Shown: piece after piece, positions 29,347 to 39,787 of the stretch
Position numbering within the stretch: position 1 is the first letter of the stretch
How the letters are laid out: each line of letters opens with the position of its first letter
Position numbers and translations under genes: made by a program
Assembly (NCBI GenBank): GCA_964448295.1
Contig: CAYUVV010000001.1
Coordinates: forward strand, 144,065 to 208,064
Reading direction: 5' to 3'
Length of the DNA stretch: 64,000 nucleotides
Source: an uncultured Candidatus Saccharibacteria bacterium
GTDB lineage: Bacteria > Patescibacteriota > Minisyncoccia > Phycocordibacterales > JACOZG01
The notes under the pieces: generated by a model
The model's database searches: none
Seen by the model: the letters and a program-made list of their open reading frames with translations, nothing else
Told to the model about the DNA's origin: nothing

Positions 29347-30546
29347 ATGTTCAAACGGTCGCCATTGTCTTCTTGTTTCGGTTTTATCTTACTCGCCACA
29401 GTCATTTTGGGGTTGGTGTTTGTGGGTGGTTGGTTCAGCGGGGGAAGATCTCTTCCGGCTGTGGCGGAAACGGCTGCCACCGCGGACCTCACTCCTTTTT
29501 GGGAGGTTTGGCGTTTAATTGACGAACGCTATGCTACCACCACACCGCCGACGGAAGAACGGGTTTGGGCGGCAATCGGCGGGTTGGTGGATTCGCTTAA
29601 TGATCCGTACTCGGTTTTTTTCCCACCCACCGAACGGAAGTTGTTTGAAGATGATATTCGTGGCAACTTCGGCGGTTTGGGAATAGAAATTGGTGTTCGT
29701 GATAGCAAACTGGTGGTGATCGCCCCTCTGCCCGACACGCCAGCAAAAAGAGCCGGTATTCGTTCTGGCGATCAGATTATTCGAGTAGACGATAAATCAA
29801 CAGCCGATATGTCAGTATCAGAAGCGGTTGAGTTGATCCGGGGAGAAATTGGTACCAAAGTTAAATTAACAATTAGCCGAAAAGGAGAACGCGCGCCTTT
29901 GGTTTTTGACCTAACCAGACGGCGGATTGAAGTGCCGACCATCAAAACGGAAATTAGAGGCGAGGGGGAAGACAAAACTTTTGTTATTCGTTTGTTTAAT
30001 TTTAGCGCTAACGCCTCGAGCGATTTTCGAAACGCCTTACGTGAATTTATTAAAGCCAAGACGCCGCGTTTAATTGTTGATGTGCGTGGCAATCCCGGTG
30101 GTTATTTGGAGTCAGCGGTCGATATCGCCAGTTGGTTTTTGCCCCTTGGCGAGCCAATAGTTTATGAGAGTCGTGGGTCGGGGAAGGATCCCAAAGTCTA
30201 TCGTAGCCGTGGTTACAACATTTTTAGCCAAGAATTACGATTAGCAATTTTGGTCGACGGTGGTTCGGCCTCGGCCTCCGAGATTTTCGCCGCCGCTCTG
30301 TCCGAACACGGCCGCGCCAGACTAGTAGGCGAGAAGACTTTTGGCAAAGGATCGGTGCAAGAGCTTATCTCTCTGCCGGGGGATAGCGCGATCAAATTAA
30401 CTGTTGCGCATTGGCTCACACCCAATGGCCACGATATCTCGAGCGCCGGTTTAACTCCCCAAACGGTCGTGGAGTTAAGCGACGACGAGCGTCGCGATGA
30501 AAAATTTGATAAGCAACTTGAAGAAGCCGTGCGTCTCTTGAAATAA
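29347..30546 (+). CDS. ctpA: Carboxyl-terminal processing protease (S41) with PDZ domain
   Basis: Signal anchor, PDZ, GNPGGYL catalytic region. Confidence 0.85.
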   Translation: MFKRSPLSSCFGFILLATVILGLVFVGGWFSGGRSLPAVAETAATADLTPFWEVWRLIDERYATTTPPTEERVWAAIGGLVDSLNDPYSVFFPPTERKLFEDDIRGNFGGLGIEIGVRDSKLVVIAPLPDTPAKRAGIRSGDQIIRVDDKSTADMSVSEAVELIRGEIGTKVKLTISRKGERAPLVFDLTRRRIEVPTIKTEIRGEGEDKTFVIRLFNFSANASSDFRNALREFIKAKTPRLIVDVRGNPGGYLESAVDIASWFLPLGEPIVYESRGSGKDPKVYRSRGYNIFSQELRLAILVDGGSASASEIFAAALSEHGRARLVGEKTFGKGSVQELISLPGDSAIKLTVAHWLTPNGHDISSAGLTPQTVVELSDDERRDEKFDKQLEEAVRLLK

Positions 30547-30574
30547 GCTTGGTTTTCGGCTACAATCACTCCAA

Positions 30575-31015
30575 ATGAAGGTTATTTTGTTGCAAGACGT
30601 GCCCAAGGTGGGCAGAAAATATGAAATTCGAGAAGTCAAGCCCGGCTTTGGACGTAATTATCTTTTGCCCCGGGGTTTGGCCGAGATGGGTACGGAGGCG
30701 GCTTTGGCGCGGGCGGTTAGACATCAAGCGCAAGCTAAGGAAGAGGCCAAGCTGGCTAAGGCCCTCAAAAACCAAACATTGGCTTCAATTGATAAACAAC
30801 GTTTTACTATCAAATGCAAAGCAAACGAACAAGGTCACCTGTTTGTTGGTTTGTCGGCCGTCGCTATTTTGAAGAGTTTGGGCAAGTTAGCGGCCGGTCT
30901 TAAACCGGAATGGCTCCAATTAGAAAAGCCAATTAAAAAAACAGGAGAGCACGAGCTTATTATTACTGACGGCGAAGAAAACGCTTCTTTTACTCTCGCG
31001 GTAGAGGCGAAATAA
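30575..31015 (+). CDS. rplI: 50S ribosomal protein L9
   Basis: [30 protein letters not shown]. Confidence 0.85.
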   Translation: MKVILLQDVPKVGRKYEIREVKPGFGRNYLLPRGLAEMGTEAALARAVRHQAQAKEEAKLAKALKNQTLASIDKQRFTIKCKANEQGHLFVGLSAVAILKSLGKLAAGLKPEWLQLEKPIKKTGEHELIITDGEENASFTLAVEAK

Positions 31016-31280
31016 CCGAAACTTCGTTGATCGTCCGGCGATTGCCGTCGTGACTGGTTTTTTGACGTTTGGAAAAGTTAACCAAACCTGCCCTTGTAGC
31101 AAAAATAGTGTGGTCTTTGCCGAGACCCACGTTGGCTCCAGCTGTAAAACGAGTGCCGCGTTGACGGACGATGATCATCCCAGGTTTTACTGCCCCGCCT
31201 TGCCCAACCTTAATTCCCAGATACTTGGGTTGGGAATCATGCAGGTTTTTAACTGTACCGCCAGCTTTACGATGTGCCAT
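30990..31280 (-). CDS. rpmA: 50S ribosomal protein L27
   Basis: [12 protein letters not shown]...GKDHTIFA. Confidence 0.9.
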   Translation of the reverse strand: MAHRKAGGTVKNLHDSQPKYLGIKVGQGGAVKPGMIIVRQRGTRFTAGANVGLGKDHTIFATRAGLVNFSKRQKTSHDGNRRTINEVSVISPLPRE

Positions 31281-31290
31281 AATTATTTAA

Positions 31291-31665
31291 GTGGTTTTTA
31301 GTCTAGCAACTTGGCGGGAAAATATCAAGCGCTCGGCCTTTTTTTTGCCCTCTATTATTATCTTGACGGCGACGTTAGGATTCGGTCTAGGAAAATTATC
31401 ATCCCTAGGGGAGGGGAGGGAGCCAGTGCGTTTTGATTGGCGCCCGGATGAAATTATGCCGTCTCAAACAGCGCCAGTGGCATCCAAGACGTTGGTTCCG
31501 TCATCAGCCGGTAAATTTGTCGCTTCTAAAAACAGCACCAAATACCATTTCCCGTGGTGTCCCGGAGCGACTCGTATTAAAGAGGAGAATAAAATTTGGT
31601 TTAACACGGCGGAAGAGGCAAAAAAGGCCGGCTATACGCCAGCCGCTAATTGCCCGGGTTTATAA
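31291..31665 (+). CDS. Membrane-anchored protein with C-terminal Ada-type zinc-binding-like motif
   Basis: N-terminal TM; C-terminal KYHFPWCPGATRIKEENKIWFNTAEEAKKAGYTPAANCPG resembles the Ada_Zn_binding pattern. Confidence 0.4.
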   Translation: MVFSLATWRENIKRSAFFLPSIIILTATLGFGLGKLSSLGEGREPVRFDWRPDEIMPSQTAPVASKTLVPSSAGKFVASKNSTKYHFPWCPGATRIKEENKIWFNTAEEAKKAGYTPAANCPGL

Positions 31666-31698
31666 CGTCGCACAATATATCTTTTGCGACCAACAATT

Positions 31699-32094
31699 TT
31701 ACTTTCCCCAACAGGGCTTGCTCCAGTGCCAATGGCGTAAGCCATCGCGCTTCATTAAACTGATGGCATATTCCACATTCCCATCCGCGGTGTAAATATC
31801 GAGGCCCAATTCTTGGCTTTGCTTCAGGTGGTAGCTTTCGTTGATTTGAAACAAACCGACGTCGTCTTTATTTTTGCGCCCACGTAAAACCTCGCCCGAT
31901 TCATTGTCTTTCCATTGGCGTAAATTGCTTTCGCAGTGCGCAATTTTGAGAGCCGCTTTATGATCAACTCCGTAAGACGTTGCCACACGCAAAATTAGCG
32001 CCTCAAAAGCGGCTGTGTCATTCTTGGGTGTAAAAGTTGCTGCCGTGGGTATTTCGGACGATCCGTTCGATCCGGTACCGGGAATAAACTGCAA
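31699..32094 (-). CDS. Transglycosylase-like (Rpf-like) domain protein
   Basis: AHCESN...GLFQI...W pattern. Confidence 0.45.
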   Translation of the reverse strand: MQFIPGTGSNGSSEIPTAATFTPKNDTAAFEALILRVATSYGVDHKAALKIAHCESNLRQWKDNESGEVLRGRKNKDDVGLFQINESYHLKQSQELGLDIYTADGNVEYAISLMKRDGLRHWHWSKPCWGK

Positions 32095-32251
32095 AGCGGA
32101 TATGAGGCTTGCCAGACCTATTTGTACAATTGGATGAATAAGCTAAAAACTGAAAAAAGCCATTAAAATAATGGCTTTGGCGGACATGGCTATCATAGCA
32201 CAAGCGTCCTGGGCCGTCCACTATTTCTCTCATAATAGCATAATATTATGC

Positions 32252-32446
32252 TTAGGTCAAGAGAGACTCAAACCATTCACTTATTGCTGTAAAAAGGTGT
32301 TGGAGCGCCACGAACGCCTGCTTCGCAAAAATGATTATCTGTGAAATAAGGTTTTGGAATGATTCAGATTCGATAATGTTTTTTACGTCCTCTCTAAAGT
32401 AGAGTAAACCAGCGGTTAGCAATATAATAGTTAATAGAATTTTCAT
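32252..32446 (-). CDS. Small membrane protein, hypothetical
   Basis: 64 aa, one TM, immediately upstream of the M23 peptidase on the same strand. Confidence 0.3.
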   Translation of the reverse strand: MKILLTIILLTAGLLYFREDVKNIIESESFQNLISQIIIFAKQAFVALQHLFTAISEWFESLLT

Positions 32447-32448
32447 TT

Positions 32449-33735
32449 TTATAAATAAATAAGCGGATCAAGATAAGCATTAGGCGGCGCCACAGGTAAA
32501 GTGTAAGTCCCCCGGCAGACTCGGCTTGCGTGTTTGATTATCTCCACACCTTGAGTGGCATAGACGGTAAAATGAAGATGGGGTCCTGTTGTGTAACCAG
32601 TATTGCCCGAATACCCAATCACATCGCCAGTATTCACGATCTGCCCCTCGGTAATTTTAATAAGTGAGAGGTGGGCGTAAAGGGTGGAAAGACCGTTGGG
32701 GTGCCGGATAAGTATCCAGCGCCCGTAAGACGCTTTCGGGCAGACGAGATCAGTATCCCCCACTCCGATCACCTGACCCTGCAGAGCGGCCTTAACCGGC
32801 GTGCCGACGGCCGCGCGAAAATCTACTCCATTGTGTGTGCCGGAGGCATAGAGCCGGCGCGCATCAACCGTTTTGCCGAACTGTTGAGTAATTGTGATAG
32901 ATTCAAGCGGCCAACGAAGAACTCCTTGGCCGGCCGCCGGTAAACTGTTGGGATTAATGATTACTCGCAGTTGCGATTCCAATTCGAACAGTTCGCGCTC
33001 AAATGCTTCCTTTTTTTGTTTCCGATCAGCTAAAATCTGACGGTAGTTGGCCTCTTCATTTTTGGTTTCTTGCAACAGGTCAGCGGTGTAGTTTTTATTG
33101 TTCTCAACGATTTTTCTTTGGTCGAATAACTGACTTTTGAGTTGGTCTAATCGTGCTTGTTCTAAAGTGGCCGATTTGTGATCGATTTGGAGCTCGCTAC
33201 GTTCGCTATCAAGGTGGGAAATTTCTGTTTCCAACTTGGCCTCGAGAGCAATCAGGTTATCGGTTTCGCGCCAAAAATCAGACCAGCGATCATAAGCTAG
33301 AGCTACCTCCACCGCGGCGAAACCATCGTAATGGCGAAAGGTTCGAAAGATACTCCGTAGCGCGCTTTCGTGTTGGATTATTTTTTTATCGCGCAAGCTG
33401 ATATCGTCAGCCAGTTCACGCAAGCGATTTTGCGAAGCGGCGATTTTTTCTTCCGTTAACGAAATGTCGGCTTGCAATTTTTTTCTTGTTAACTCTAAGC
33501 GGCTTAGCTCTCCTTTTAAGCCAACCGCTTCTGTGTTGACACTGGTTAATTTTTTTTCATACTCGGCTATCTCTTGTTCTAGGCGAATTATTTTTTGATT
33601 ATGGTCGGCGATTTTTTGCTCAAGTTCGATCTTGGTTTGCGCCTTGGCATTAATGACTAAGAAAAAACACCCGCTGACAAGGCAAAAAGCTCCTAAGGCG
33701 AGCCAATTTAAATTATTTCTCGATAAGCGCGGCAT
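32449..33735 (-). CDS. M23 family metallopeptidase with coiled-coil (EnvC-like)
   Basis: Long coiled coil, then HNGVDF and GPHLHF motifs. Start trimmed to the internal Met to reduce overlap with gltX. Confidence 0.8.
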   Translation of the reverse strand: MPRLSRNNLNWLALGAFCLVSGCFFLVINAKAQTKIELEQKIADHNQKIIRLEQEIAEYEKKLTSVNTEAVGLKGELSRLELTRKKLQADISLTEEKIAASQNRLRELADDISLRDKKIIQHESALRSIFRTFRHYDGFAAVEVALAYDRWSDFWRETDNLIALEAKLETEISHLDSERSELQIDHKSATLEQARLDQLKSQLFDQRKIVENNKNYTADLLQETKNEEANYRQILADRKQKKEAFERELFELESQLRVIINPNSLPAAGQGVLRWPLESITITQQFGKTVDARRLYASGTHNGVDFRAAVGTPVKAALQGQVIGVGDTDLVCPKASYGRWILIRHPNGLSTLYAHLSLIKITEGQIVNTGDVIGYSGNTGYTTGPHLHFTVYATQGVEIIKHASRVCRGTYTLPVAPPNAYLDPLIYL

Positions 33736-35014
33736 CGATTCTTCTAATTGTTTCCTCACGGCCGAGGATCGTCGATGTGGTAAATGGGTCGACCGATTTT
33801 TCACGTCCAGTCAAGGCCACTCGCCAAGGCCAAAGTACAGCGCGCCGTCCGCGCTGGTCGGCGTAGGGCATTATGGCCTTTCGCAACCCGGGAACGGTAA
33901 ATTCTTGAGCTGGCAGATTAAGCAAAATATTTTTTAACTCTAACAACTCTTTAGTCTCGCCGAGCAAGGCGGTGGTAATTTTCGGAGGCGTAAAAAAATA
34001 ATCATATTCTCCGGCCTCGGCCCAGGTTCGCAGTTCACCAAAATTGGCAATCCGCTCGCGCACCACCGGCAAAATTTTTTCTAGCTTAATTGTTGGGGGC
34101 ACAAAGGCTTGGCCAAGATTGATGAATTCTGCATCAGACAGTTGACGCAAGTGCTCTCGGTTTAACCAATTCAGTTTTTCCAGATTAAAGATCGCTCCAC
34201 CTTTTTGAATTCTCGAAAAATCAAAATTTATAATCAATTCTGATAGATTGAAGATCTCTCGATCATCGCGTGGGTGCCAGCCGAGAAGAGCCAAAAAATT
34301 AAGGATGGCCGAGGGCAAATAACCCTGATTCCGATAATCAGAAACAGAGACGGCCCCACGGCGTTTTGAGAGTTTGCTGCGGTCAGGAGCCAGAATCAGA
34401 GGCAGGTGGGCGTAATCGGGCGTTGGCGCATTGAGAGCGCGTTGGATTAAGATCTGCCTCGGCGTGTTTGCAATATGGTCATCGCCGCGGATGACGTGCG
34501 TAACGCCCATTTGGGCGTCGTCAGCCACGACGGCAAAATGATACAGCGGCTCGGTTAAACTTTTAGCGATGACGAAATCTCCGAGCTCTTGAGTTTTGAA
34601 AGTGATTGGACCACGGATTAAGTCGGTAAAATGAACCACTGACCCAGGGTTGCGAAAACGGATCAAATTTCTTTTTTGACCATCCTCCCCCACCTCGGCA
34701 GAAATGTAAGCTGAGTCTTTTTCAAGCAATTGTTCTAACTGTGCTTGATAAAAAGTTTTCCGCTCTGATTGCCGAATTAGATCGGAATTATCAAACTCAA
34801 GCCCTAACCAGGCTAAGCCGTCCAAGATATTTTGCTCAAATTCTCGCTTAGAGCGAGCGGTATCAGTATCCTCAATCCGCAAATAAAATTTTCCCTGACG
34901 TTGCCGAGTGAACAGAAAATTAAACAACGCTGTGCGTGCTCCCCCGACGTGGAGCGGCCCAGTGGGGCTCGGAGCAAATCTGGTGATGACTTTCTCCATT
35001 TTTTTATTGTTCAT
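33713..35014 (-). CDS. gltX: Glutamyl-tRNA synthetase
   Basis: HVGG (HIGH) motif, KLSKR (KMSKS); 433 aa. Confidence 0.9.
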   Translation of the reverse strand: MNNKKMEKVITRFAPSPTGPLHVGGARTALFNFLFTRQRQGKFYLRIEDTDTARSKREFEQNILDGLAWLGLEFDNSDLIRQSERKTFYQAQLEQLLEKDSAYISAEVGEDGQKRNLIRFRNPGSVVHFTDLIRGPITFKTQELGDFVIAKSLTEPLYHFAVVADDAQMGVTHVIRGDDHIANTPRQILIQRALNAPTPDYAHLPLILAPDRSKLSKRRGAVSVSDYRNQGYLPSAILNFLALLGWHPRDDREIFNLSELIINFDFSRIQKGGAIFNLEKLNWLNREHLRQLSDAEFINLGQAFVPPTIKLEKILPVVRERIANFGELRTWAEAGEYDYFFTPPKITTALLGETKELLELKNILLNLPAQEFTVPGLRKAIMPYADQRGRRAVLWPWRVALTGREKSVDPFTTSTILGREETIRRIDAALIEK

Positions 35015-36137
35015 GGGTCAAACCAAGCTTGATCAGCTCGTCAGCAATTAAACGCGCAGCGTTCGGTCGGGAAAAAGCCTTGGCGTTTCGCGACATTTCT
35101 GCTCGCAGATTCTTATCCCCCATCAGACGATCAATCTCGGTTATCAACACCGACGGCGTCAAATTTTTTTGCTCAATGACGCTCGCCGCGCCGGCTTTAG
35201 CGTAGACTCTGGCATTTTCCATTTGATCATGGCTTATCTCTATCGGCAACGGGATAACGATTGACGGCAATCCCCAAGCGGCAATTTCAAAGATGAAGGA
35301 GCCGGCGCGACAAATTACTAACTCCGCCGCTCCGGCCACCACCTGCATCGCTTCGGTGTTTAAATGAGAAAAACGTTTATAGCGTTTTTGTTGTTCGGTT
35401 GGGGCTTCGCGCAGAAAATAATTGATTCGTTTTTCAGCTTCTTCGATATTTTTTTCACCAAGCTGATGGATAATTTGATATTTAGTAAGCAGGCGGGGCA
35501 GGAGATCAATAATCGTATCATTGAGGAGGGCCGAGCCCTGTGATCCACCGGTTACAAAAATAATTGGTCGGTCGTCGATTAATTCTAAAAATTCCCGCGC
35601 CCCCTGATGGATGGGATGAAGCAGTCGGGCGCGGATTGGGTTACCAACAACCACAGTATTGCTACGAGGGAAATATTTTTCCGCTGACGCGTGCGCTAGA
35701 GCAATCAATCGAGCAAATTTTGCAGACCAAAGATTGACGCGTCCCGGGTGGGCGTCGGACTCATGAATAACCACCGGAATTCCTAACCAGCGGGCGGCGA
35801 GCACCACCGGAAAGCTGTTGGCTCCTCCCTTGCTGAAGACGGCGTCGGGATAGATGAGATACAGATGCCACAGGGCTTGCCCTAAACCGGATAGGGTTTT
35901 AAATAAATCAAAAAAGTTGGCCAAAGAAAAATAGCGCCTAATCTTACCAGCAGTCACGCGGCGGAACTTGATTTGATTTTCGAATAATAGATTTTCGTCA
36001 TAGGAGTGATCCGCCAGATAGAAAAGTTCTATGTCGACTAGGCGTTTCTCTTGAGCGAGAGAACGCAGGGCCTCAGCCACGGCAATTAAGGGATAAAAAT
36101 GCCCCCCTGTTCCTCCACCCGCTAAAACTATTTTCAT
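35004..36137 (-). CDS. murG: Undecaprenyldiphospho-muramoylpentapeptide beta-N-acetylglucosaminyltransferase
   Basis: GGTGGHFYP motif, GT28. Confidence 0.9.
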   Translation of the reverse strand: MKIVLAGGGTGGHFYPLIAVAEALRSLAQEKRLVDIELFYLADHSYDENLLFENQIKFRRVTAGKIRRYFSLANFFDLFKTLSGLGQALWHLYLIYPDAVFSKGGANSFPVVLAARWLGIPVVIHESDAHPGRVNLWSAKFARLIALAHASAEKYFPRSNTVVVGNPIRARLLHPIHQGAREFLELIDDRPIIFVTGGSQGSALLNDTIIDLLPRLLTKYQIIHQLGEKNIEEAEKRINYFLREAPTEQQKRYKRFSHLNTEAMQVVAGAAELVICRAGSFIFEIAAWGLPSIVIPLPIEISHDQMENARVYAKAGAASVIEQKNLTPSVLITEIDRLMGDKNLRAEMSRNAKAFSRPNAARLIADELIKLGLTHEQ

Positions 36138-36140
36138 ATT

Positions 36141-37238
36141 TTAACGCCGGCTACGCGCAATATTTAGTAAGATTCCGACCCCGATCAAGTTGAAAACCAA
36201 CGCTGTGCCGCCCTGACTGACGAATGGCAGGGTGGTGCCAGCTAAAGGAATCGCCCCCAGCATTGAACCAACGTTCGTAAACGCGCTCGCTACCACCATT
36301 ATAACTATTCCTGAACCAAGGAGTCTACCAAACGTCTCTGGCGCCCGGTTGGCGATTTTCAGACCCCAGAGCCCGAAAATAACAAACAATAGCACCAAAA
36401 CGCTGGCACCCATAAAACCAAATTCTTCGCCGACGACGGAAAAAATTGAATCGCCCACTGGCTCTGGTAGATATTTAAATTTTTGTAAACTCTGACCCGG
36501 GCCGCGTCCCCAAAGACCGCCTGATCCCAATGCCAGAAGCGATTGATCTAATTGATAGCCGATTCCCTGCCGATCTAGGATTTGTTCCGAACTGAAAAAA
36601 GCAACCACGCGATCTTTAACGTGTTGCTTCCGGTACCCTAGCCCAACACCGGCGAGAGATAAGATTAACAGTAAAAGCAAAATATGGCGCCAACGTACGC
36701 CGCGAATAATCAAGATTGCCAAACCGGCTGTAAACATAATCATCAGGGCGTCAAAATCTGGTTGGAGGAATAGCACAAGACCGGGCAAAACAAAGATTCC
36801 CAAAAACGGAGTGACGGCATAATGCAGAGAATCAAGCGGTGTTTGCCGACGCGAAAGCCAGGCCGCTAAATAAATGATTGTCGCCAATTTGAGAAATTCA
36901 ACCGGCTGGAAGGAGAGCGGTCCAAGCTTTAACCAACGTTGGGCGCCGCCGGAAGTTAAATTGAGACTGGGAACAAACACCAGCGCAGTTAGTGTGAGTG
37001 CCACAAGAAAAATCCATACACTGTATTTTTTCCAAAATGTGTGCGGGACGCGCGAGACAAGGAGCATGGCCAATAGACCACCGAGCAGATAAATAAATTG
37101 TTTGGCAACCACGGTAAAAAACGAGGCGCCGTTACGCGGTAGCAAACCCAGAGAGGAAGACAGAAAGACAAAAAATCCAACTGACACAAAAAATAAAGTG
37201 AAAGCAAAAAAAGTGCGGCCGGAACGACGAGCCAGCAT
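36141..37238 (-). CDS. ftsW: SEDS-family peptidoglycan glycosyltransferase FtsW/RodA
   Basis: 10 TM, SEDS signature; position between murG and mraY. Confidence 0.8.
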   Translation of the reverse strand: MLARRSGRTFFAFTLFFVSVGFFVFLSSSLGLLPRNGASFFTVVAKQFIYLLGGLLAMLLVSRVPHTFWKKYSVWIFLVALTLTALVFVPSLNLTSGGAQRWLKLGPLSFQPVEFLKLATIIYLAAWLSRRQTPLDSLHYAVTPFLGIFVLPGLVLFLQPDFDALMIMFTAGLAILIIRGVRWRHILLLLLILSLAGVGLGYRKQHVKDRVVAFFSSEQILDRQGIGYQLDQSLLALGSGGLWGRGPGQSLQKFKYLPEPVGDSIFSVVGEEFGFMGASVLVLLFVIFGLWGLKIANRAPETFGRLLGSGIVIMVVASAFTNVGSMLGAIPLAGTTLPFVSQGGTALVFNLIGVGILLNIARSRR

Positions 37239-37242
37239 ATGT

Positions 37243-38310
37243 TTAAGTTCCGATTAACAAAATAATCAATCCTAGCAGGGCGCAGATTATACCGATTACC
37301 CAGTAACGCATCACCACCTTGGCAGGCGGCCACCCCCGAGCTTCGAAATGATGATGAAGTGGAGCGACCAAAAAGACTTTTTTTCCGTGACGGAACTTTT
37401 TGGACGAGAGCTGGATTACCACCGACAGCGCTGTTACAAACAGAGGTAGGGCGATTAGGGGCAGAATTAAAATTGAATCGGTTAGGAAGGCAAAGACCGT
37501 CAAAGTCGTCGTCAGCCCAAGAATGCCGGTTTCGGACATATAAAAACGAGCTGGGGGGATATTGAACCACAAAAATGCTAAGGTGGCGCCGGCGATTACA
37601 GCGGCCAGGGCCGCGAGATCAATTTGGTGTTGGAAAAAAGCAACCGCGGCGTAGGCGGCAAAAATTATAGCCATCAAGCCGCCGGCTAATCCGTCTAAGC
37701 CGTCAATTACTCCACTACCGAAAAGCCAGAGCATTGTGATTACAAAAATCGGCATAATCAACCAGCCGACACTCCATTCGCCGATAAAAGGGATGATCAC
37801 TGAGGATTGCTCGAGCTTAAAATAAAACCACCAAGCGCCGATTAGGCCAATCGCGGTGACGATTATTAGACGGTGGCTGAAACGCAAACCGCCAGAAATA
37901 TAGCGTCCGCGTTCACTTACTTGAAACCAGTCGTCAACCAGGCCGACGAGCGAAGCGGTCACCAGAGTAAAAAGCGGTAGCCAGGTCTGATTTCGACTTA
38001 AAAAATTTAATTTTTGAAAAACTGTTTCCGGCCACCAACTACCAATGATCGAAAACAAGCCAACAGTGAAAATGACGCTTCCCCAAATAACCACACCGCC
38101 AAAACGCGGGGTGCCGACTTCTCTCGTTTCGTGGAGCTGATTAAAAATTTTGGCCTCGCGGCCGTCCGGGCTGATCTTGCCAGCTCGTTTTTTCCACAAA
38201 CGATGTTTGTAAAGATAATGAGTTAAAAGAGGCGTTCCTGCGACACCCAATGCAAAGGCGGTAGCGGCAGGCAGAAGGACCTTCAAAACGTTTAAGATTG
38301 TCGGAGTCAT
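37243..38310 (-). CDS. mraY: Phospho-N-acetylmuramoyl-pentapeptide-transferase
   Basis: Family 4 glycosyltransferase motifs, 355 aa. Confidence 0.9.
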   Translation of the reverse strand: MTPTILNVLKVLLPAATAFALGVAGTPLLTHYLYKHRLWKKRAGKISPDGREAKIFNQLHETREVGTPRFGGVVIWGSVIFTVGLFSIIGSWWPETVFQKLNFLSRNQTWLPLFTLVTASLVGLVDDWFQVSERGRYISGGLRFSHRLIIVTAIGLIGAWWFYFKLEQSSVIIPFIGEWSVGWLIMPIFVITMLWLFGSGVIDGLDGLAGGLMAIIFAAYAAVAFFQHQIDLAALAAVIAGATLAFLWFNIPPARFYMSETGILGLTTTLTVFAFLTDSILILPLIALPLFVTALSVVIQLSSKKFRHGKKVFLVAPLHHHFEARGWPPAKVVMRYWVIGIICALLGLIILLIGT

Positions 38311-39221
38311 GCGGCTGGTTGTTCGGTAAAATAATCAAACAAACCGTGATTTAATTCAAGCGCGTCGACAAACCGAGAATCACGATCAGCGCCCAAAATA
38401 ACCACTACGAGCGGTTGACCGAGGCCTCGGTCAACCGCAAAGACCAGATTGCCCGACGCGAGGTCGGTAAAACCGGTTTTGGAAGCCAGCAGACCAGAAA
38501 GATATTTGGAAAATTTGTTCGTATTTTCCCCGCGATGAATTATCTGTTGTTGGGAGCGACGAATAATTACTGGTCGATTGGTGAGCTCAAGTATTTCCGG
38601 ATGATAACGCCAAACATAGGCGAAAATTTTCGCGATATCGCGTGCCGAACTTTCAGCCCCGCTCTCTATGAGAGAAAGGTCGAGTCCGGTTGGATTACGA
38701 AAGACGGTGTTTTCTAAGCCGAGGGCTGCGGCCTTGGCGTTCATCAACTCTTCAAATTTTTGTTTTTGACTTGTCTCGACCGCGGTCGCAACAGCTACGG
38801 CGCCATCATTAGAAGAAGTGACGAGTGTGTAATCGAGTAAATCCTCCAAACGCCATTCTTCGTTGACGAGAAAGCCACTATCGCCTTCGGCGAGAAGGGC
38901 GACGGGCGTAATTGGCACAATCGTCGCGGGGGGCAACTCTTCACGAGTAACCAGCGCCGTCATTATTTTTGTGAGTGAGGCCAAAGGACGCGGAGTGCTT
39001 GCTTGACGCTCGTAAATAAAACGGTCGGTTGTCAGATCGTAAATTGCCACAGTCGGCGCGGTTTTGGCCAAACTGGAAAAATACTGATCAGGCGAGGTTG
39101 TTTCGAGCGCGAGTTGGGGTTTCCGGCTCACGCTTTCCAGTTGAATAGGCCAGCCCCAGGAAAAAAGGACGGCTCCAAAGGCCAATATCCACAAACTAAT
39201 TTTGAGATTCCACTGATTCAT
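38307..39221 (-). CDS. D-alanyl-D-alanine carboxypeptidase (S11, PBP5-like)
   Basis: SLTKIMT (SxxK), signal anchor; start trimmed to internal Met. Confidence 0.75.
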   Translation of the reverse strand: MNQWNLKISLWILAFGAVLFSWGWPIQLESVSRKPQLALETTSPDQYFSSLAKTAPTVAIYDLTTDRFIYERQASTPRPLASLTKIMTALVTREELPPATIVPITPVALLAEGDSGFLVNEEWRLEDLLDYTLVTSSNDGAVAVATAVETSQKQKFEELMNAKAAALGLENTVFRNPTGLDLSLIESGAESSARDIAKIFAYVWRYHPEILELTNRPVIIRRSQQQIIHRGENTNKFSKYLSGLLASKTGFTDLASGNLVFAVDRGLGQPLVVVILGADRDSRFVDALELNHGLFDYFTEQPAA

Positions 39222-39747
39222 TTTCACTCGGACAAATTTTCGCAATCTCTTGTCGGATGGAATTGTATTCCGGCAAAGCGCATACCTCCCCCACTCCTAA
39301 CTTAGCCAAAGCGTCGACCGTCGGGCGATACAGATAGCTCCGGCTATCGTTTGGGTCCGGGCTCCGTTCGATCAGACCACGCAGAGCAAGCAAGCGCAAG
39401 GTAAAAGCAGAATTGACTCCCCGCCAATATTCAATTTTGGCTCGGCTAATTGGACCCAGATATAAAACGATCGTCAGGGTTTCTAGGGCGGCCTGACTAA
39501 GATCACCGTTTCGCTCCGCGGCGAGCAAGGACTCAATTAGAGAGGCGGCTTCTGGCGTGGTGCCGAGAGCCAAATCTTCTCCTGTGTCGAGCAGATTCAG
39601 TCCCGCTTCTTGTAGACGCGATTGCGCTACGGGTAAGGCGTCCGCGAGTTCGGTTGCGGAAATTGCGAGCTTTGTAGTTAGCCACGCCCTTGGGCGCGGC
39701 TCGGCCTGTGTAAATAAGACAGCAATTAAACGACTAGGTAAATCCAT
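39196..39747 (-). CDS. scpB: Segregation and condensation protein B
   Basis: Tandem winged-helix-like 183 aa directly downstream of scpA. Confidence 0.65.
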   Translation of the reverse strand: MDLPSRLIAVLFTQAEPRPRAWLTTKLAISATELADALPVAQSRLQEAGLNLLDTGEDLALGTTPEAASLIESLLAAERNGDLSQAALETLTIVLYLGPISRAKIEYWRGVNSAFTLRLLALRGLIERSPDPNDSRSYLYRPTVDALAKLGVGEVCALPEYNSIRQEIAKICPSENESVESQN

Positions 39748-39787
39748 AAGCTAATAAATTGTAGGGCAAATCAGAACTTTTGTTAAT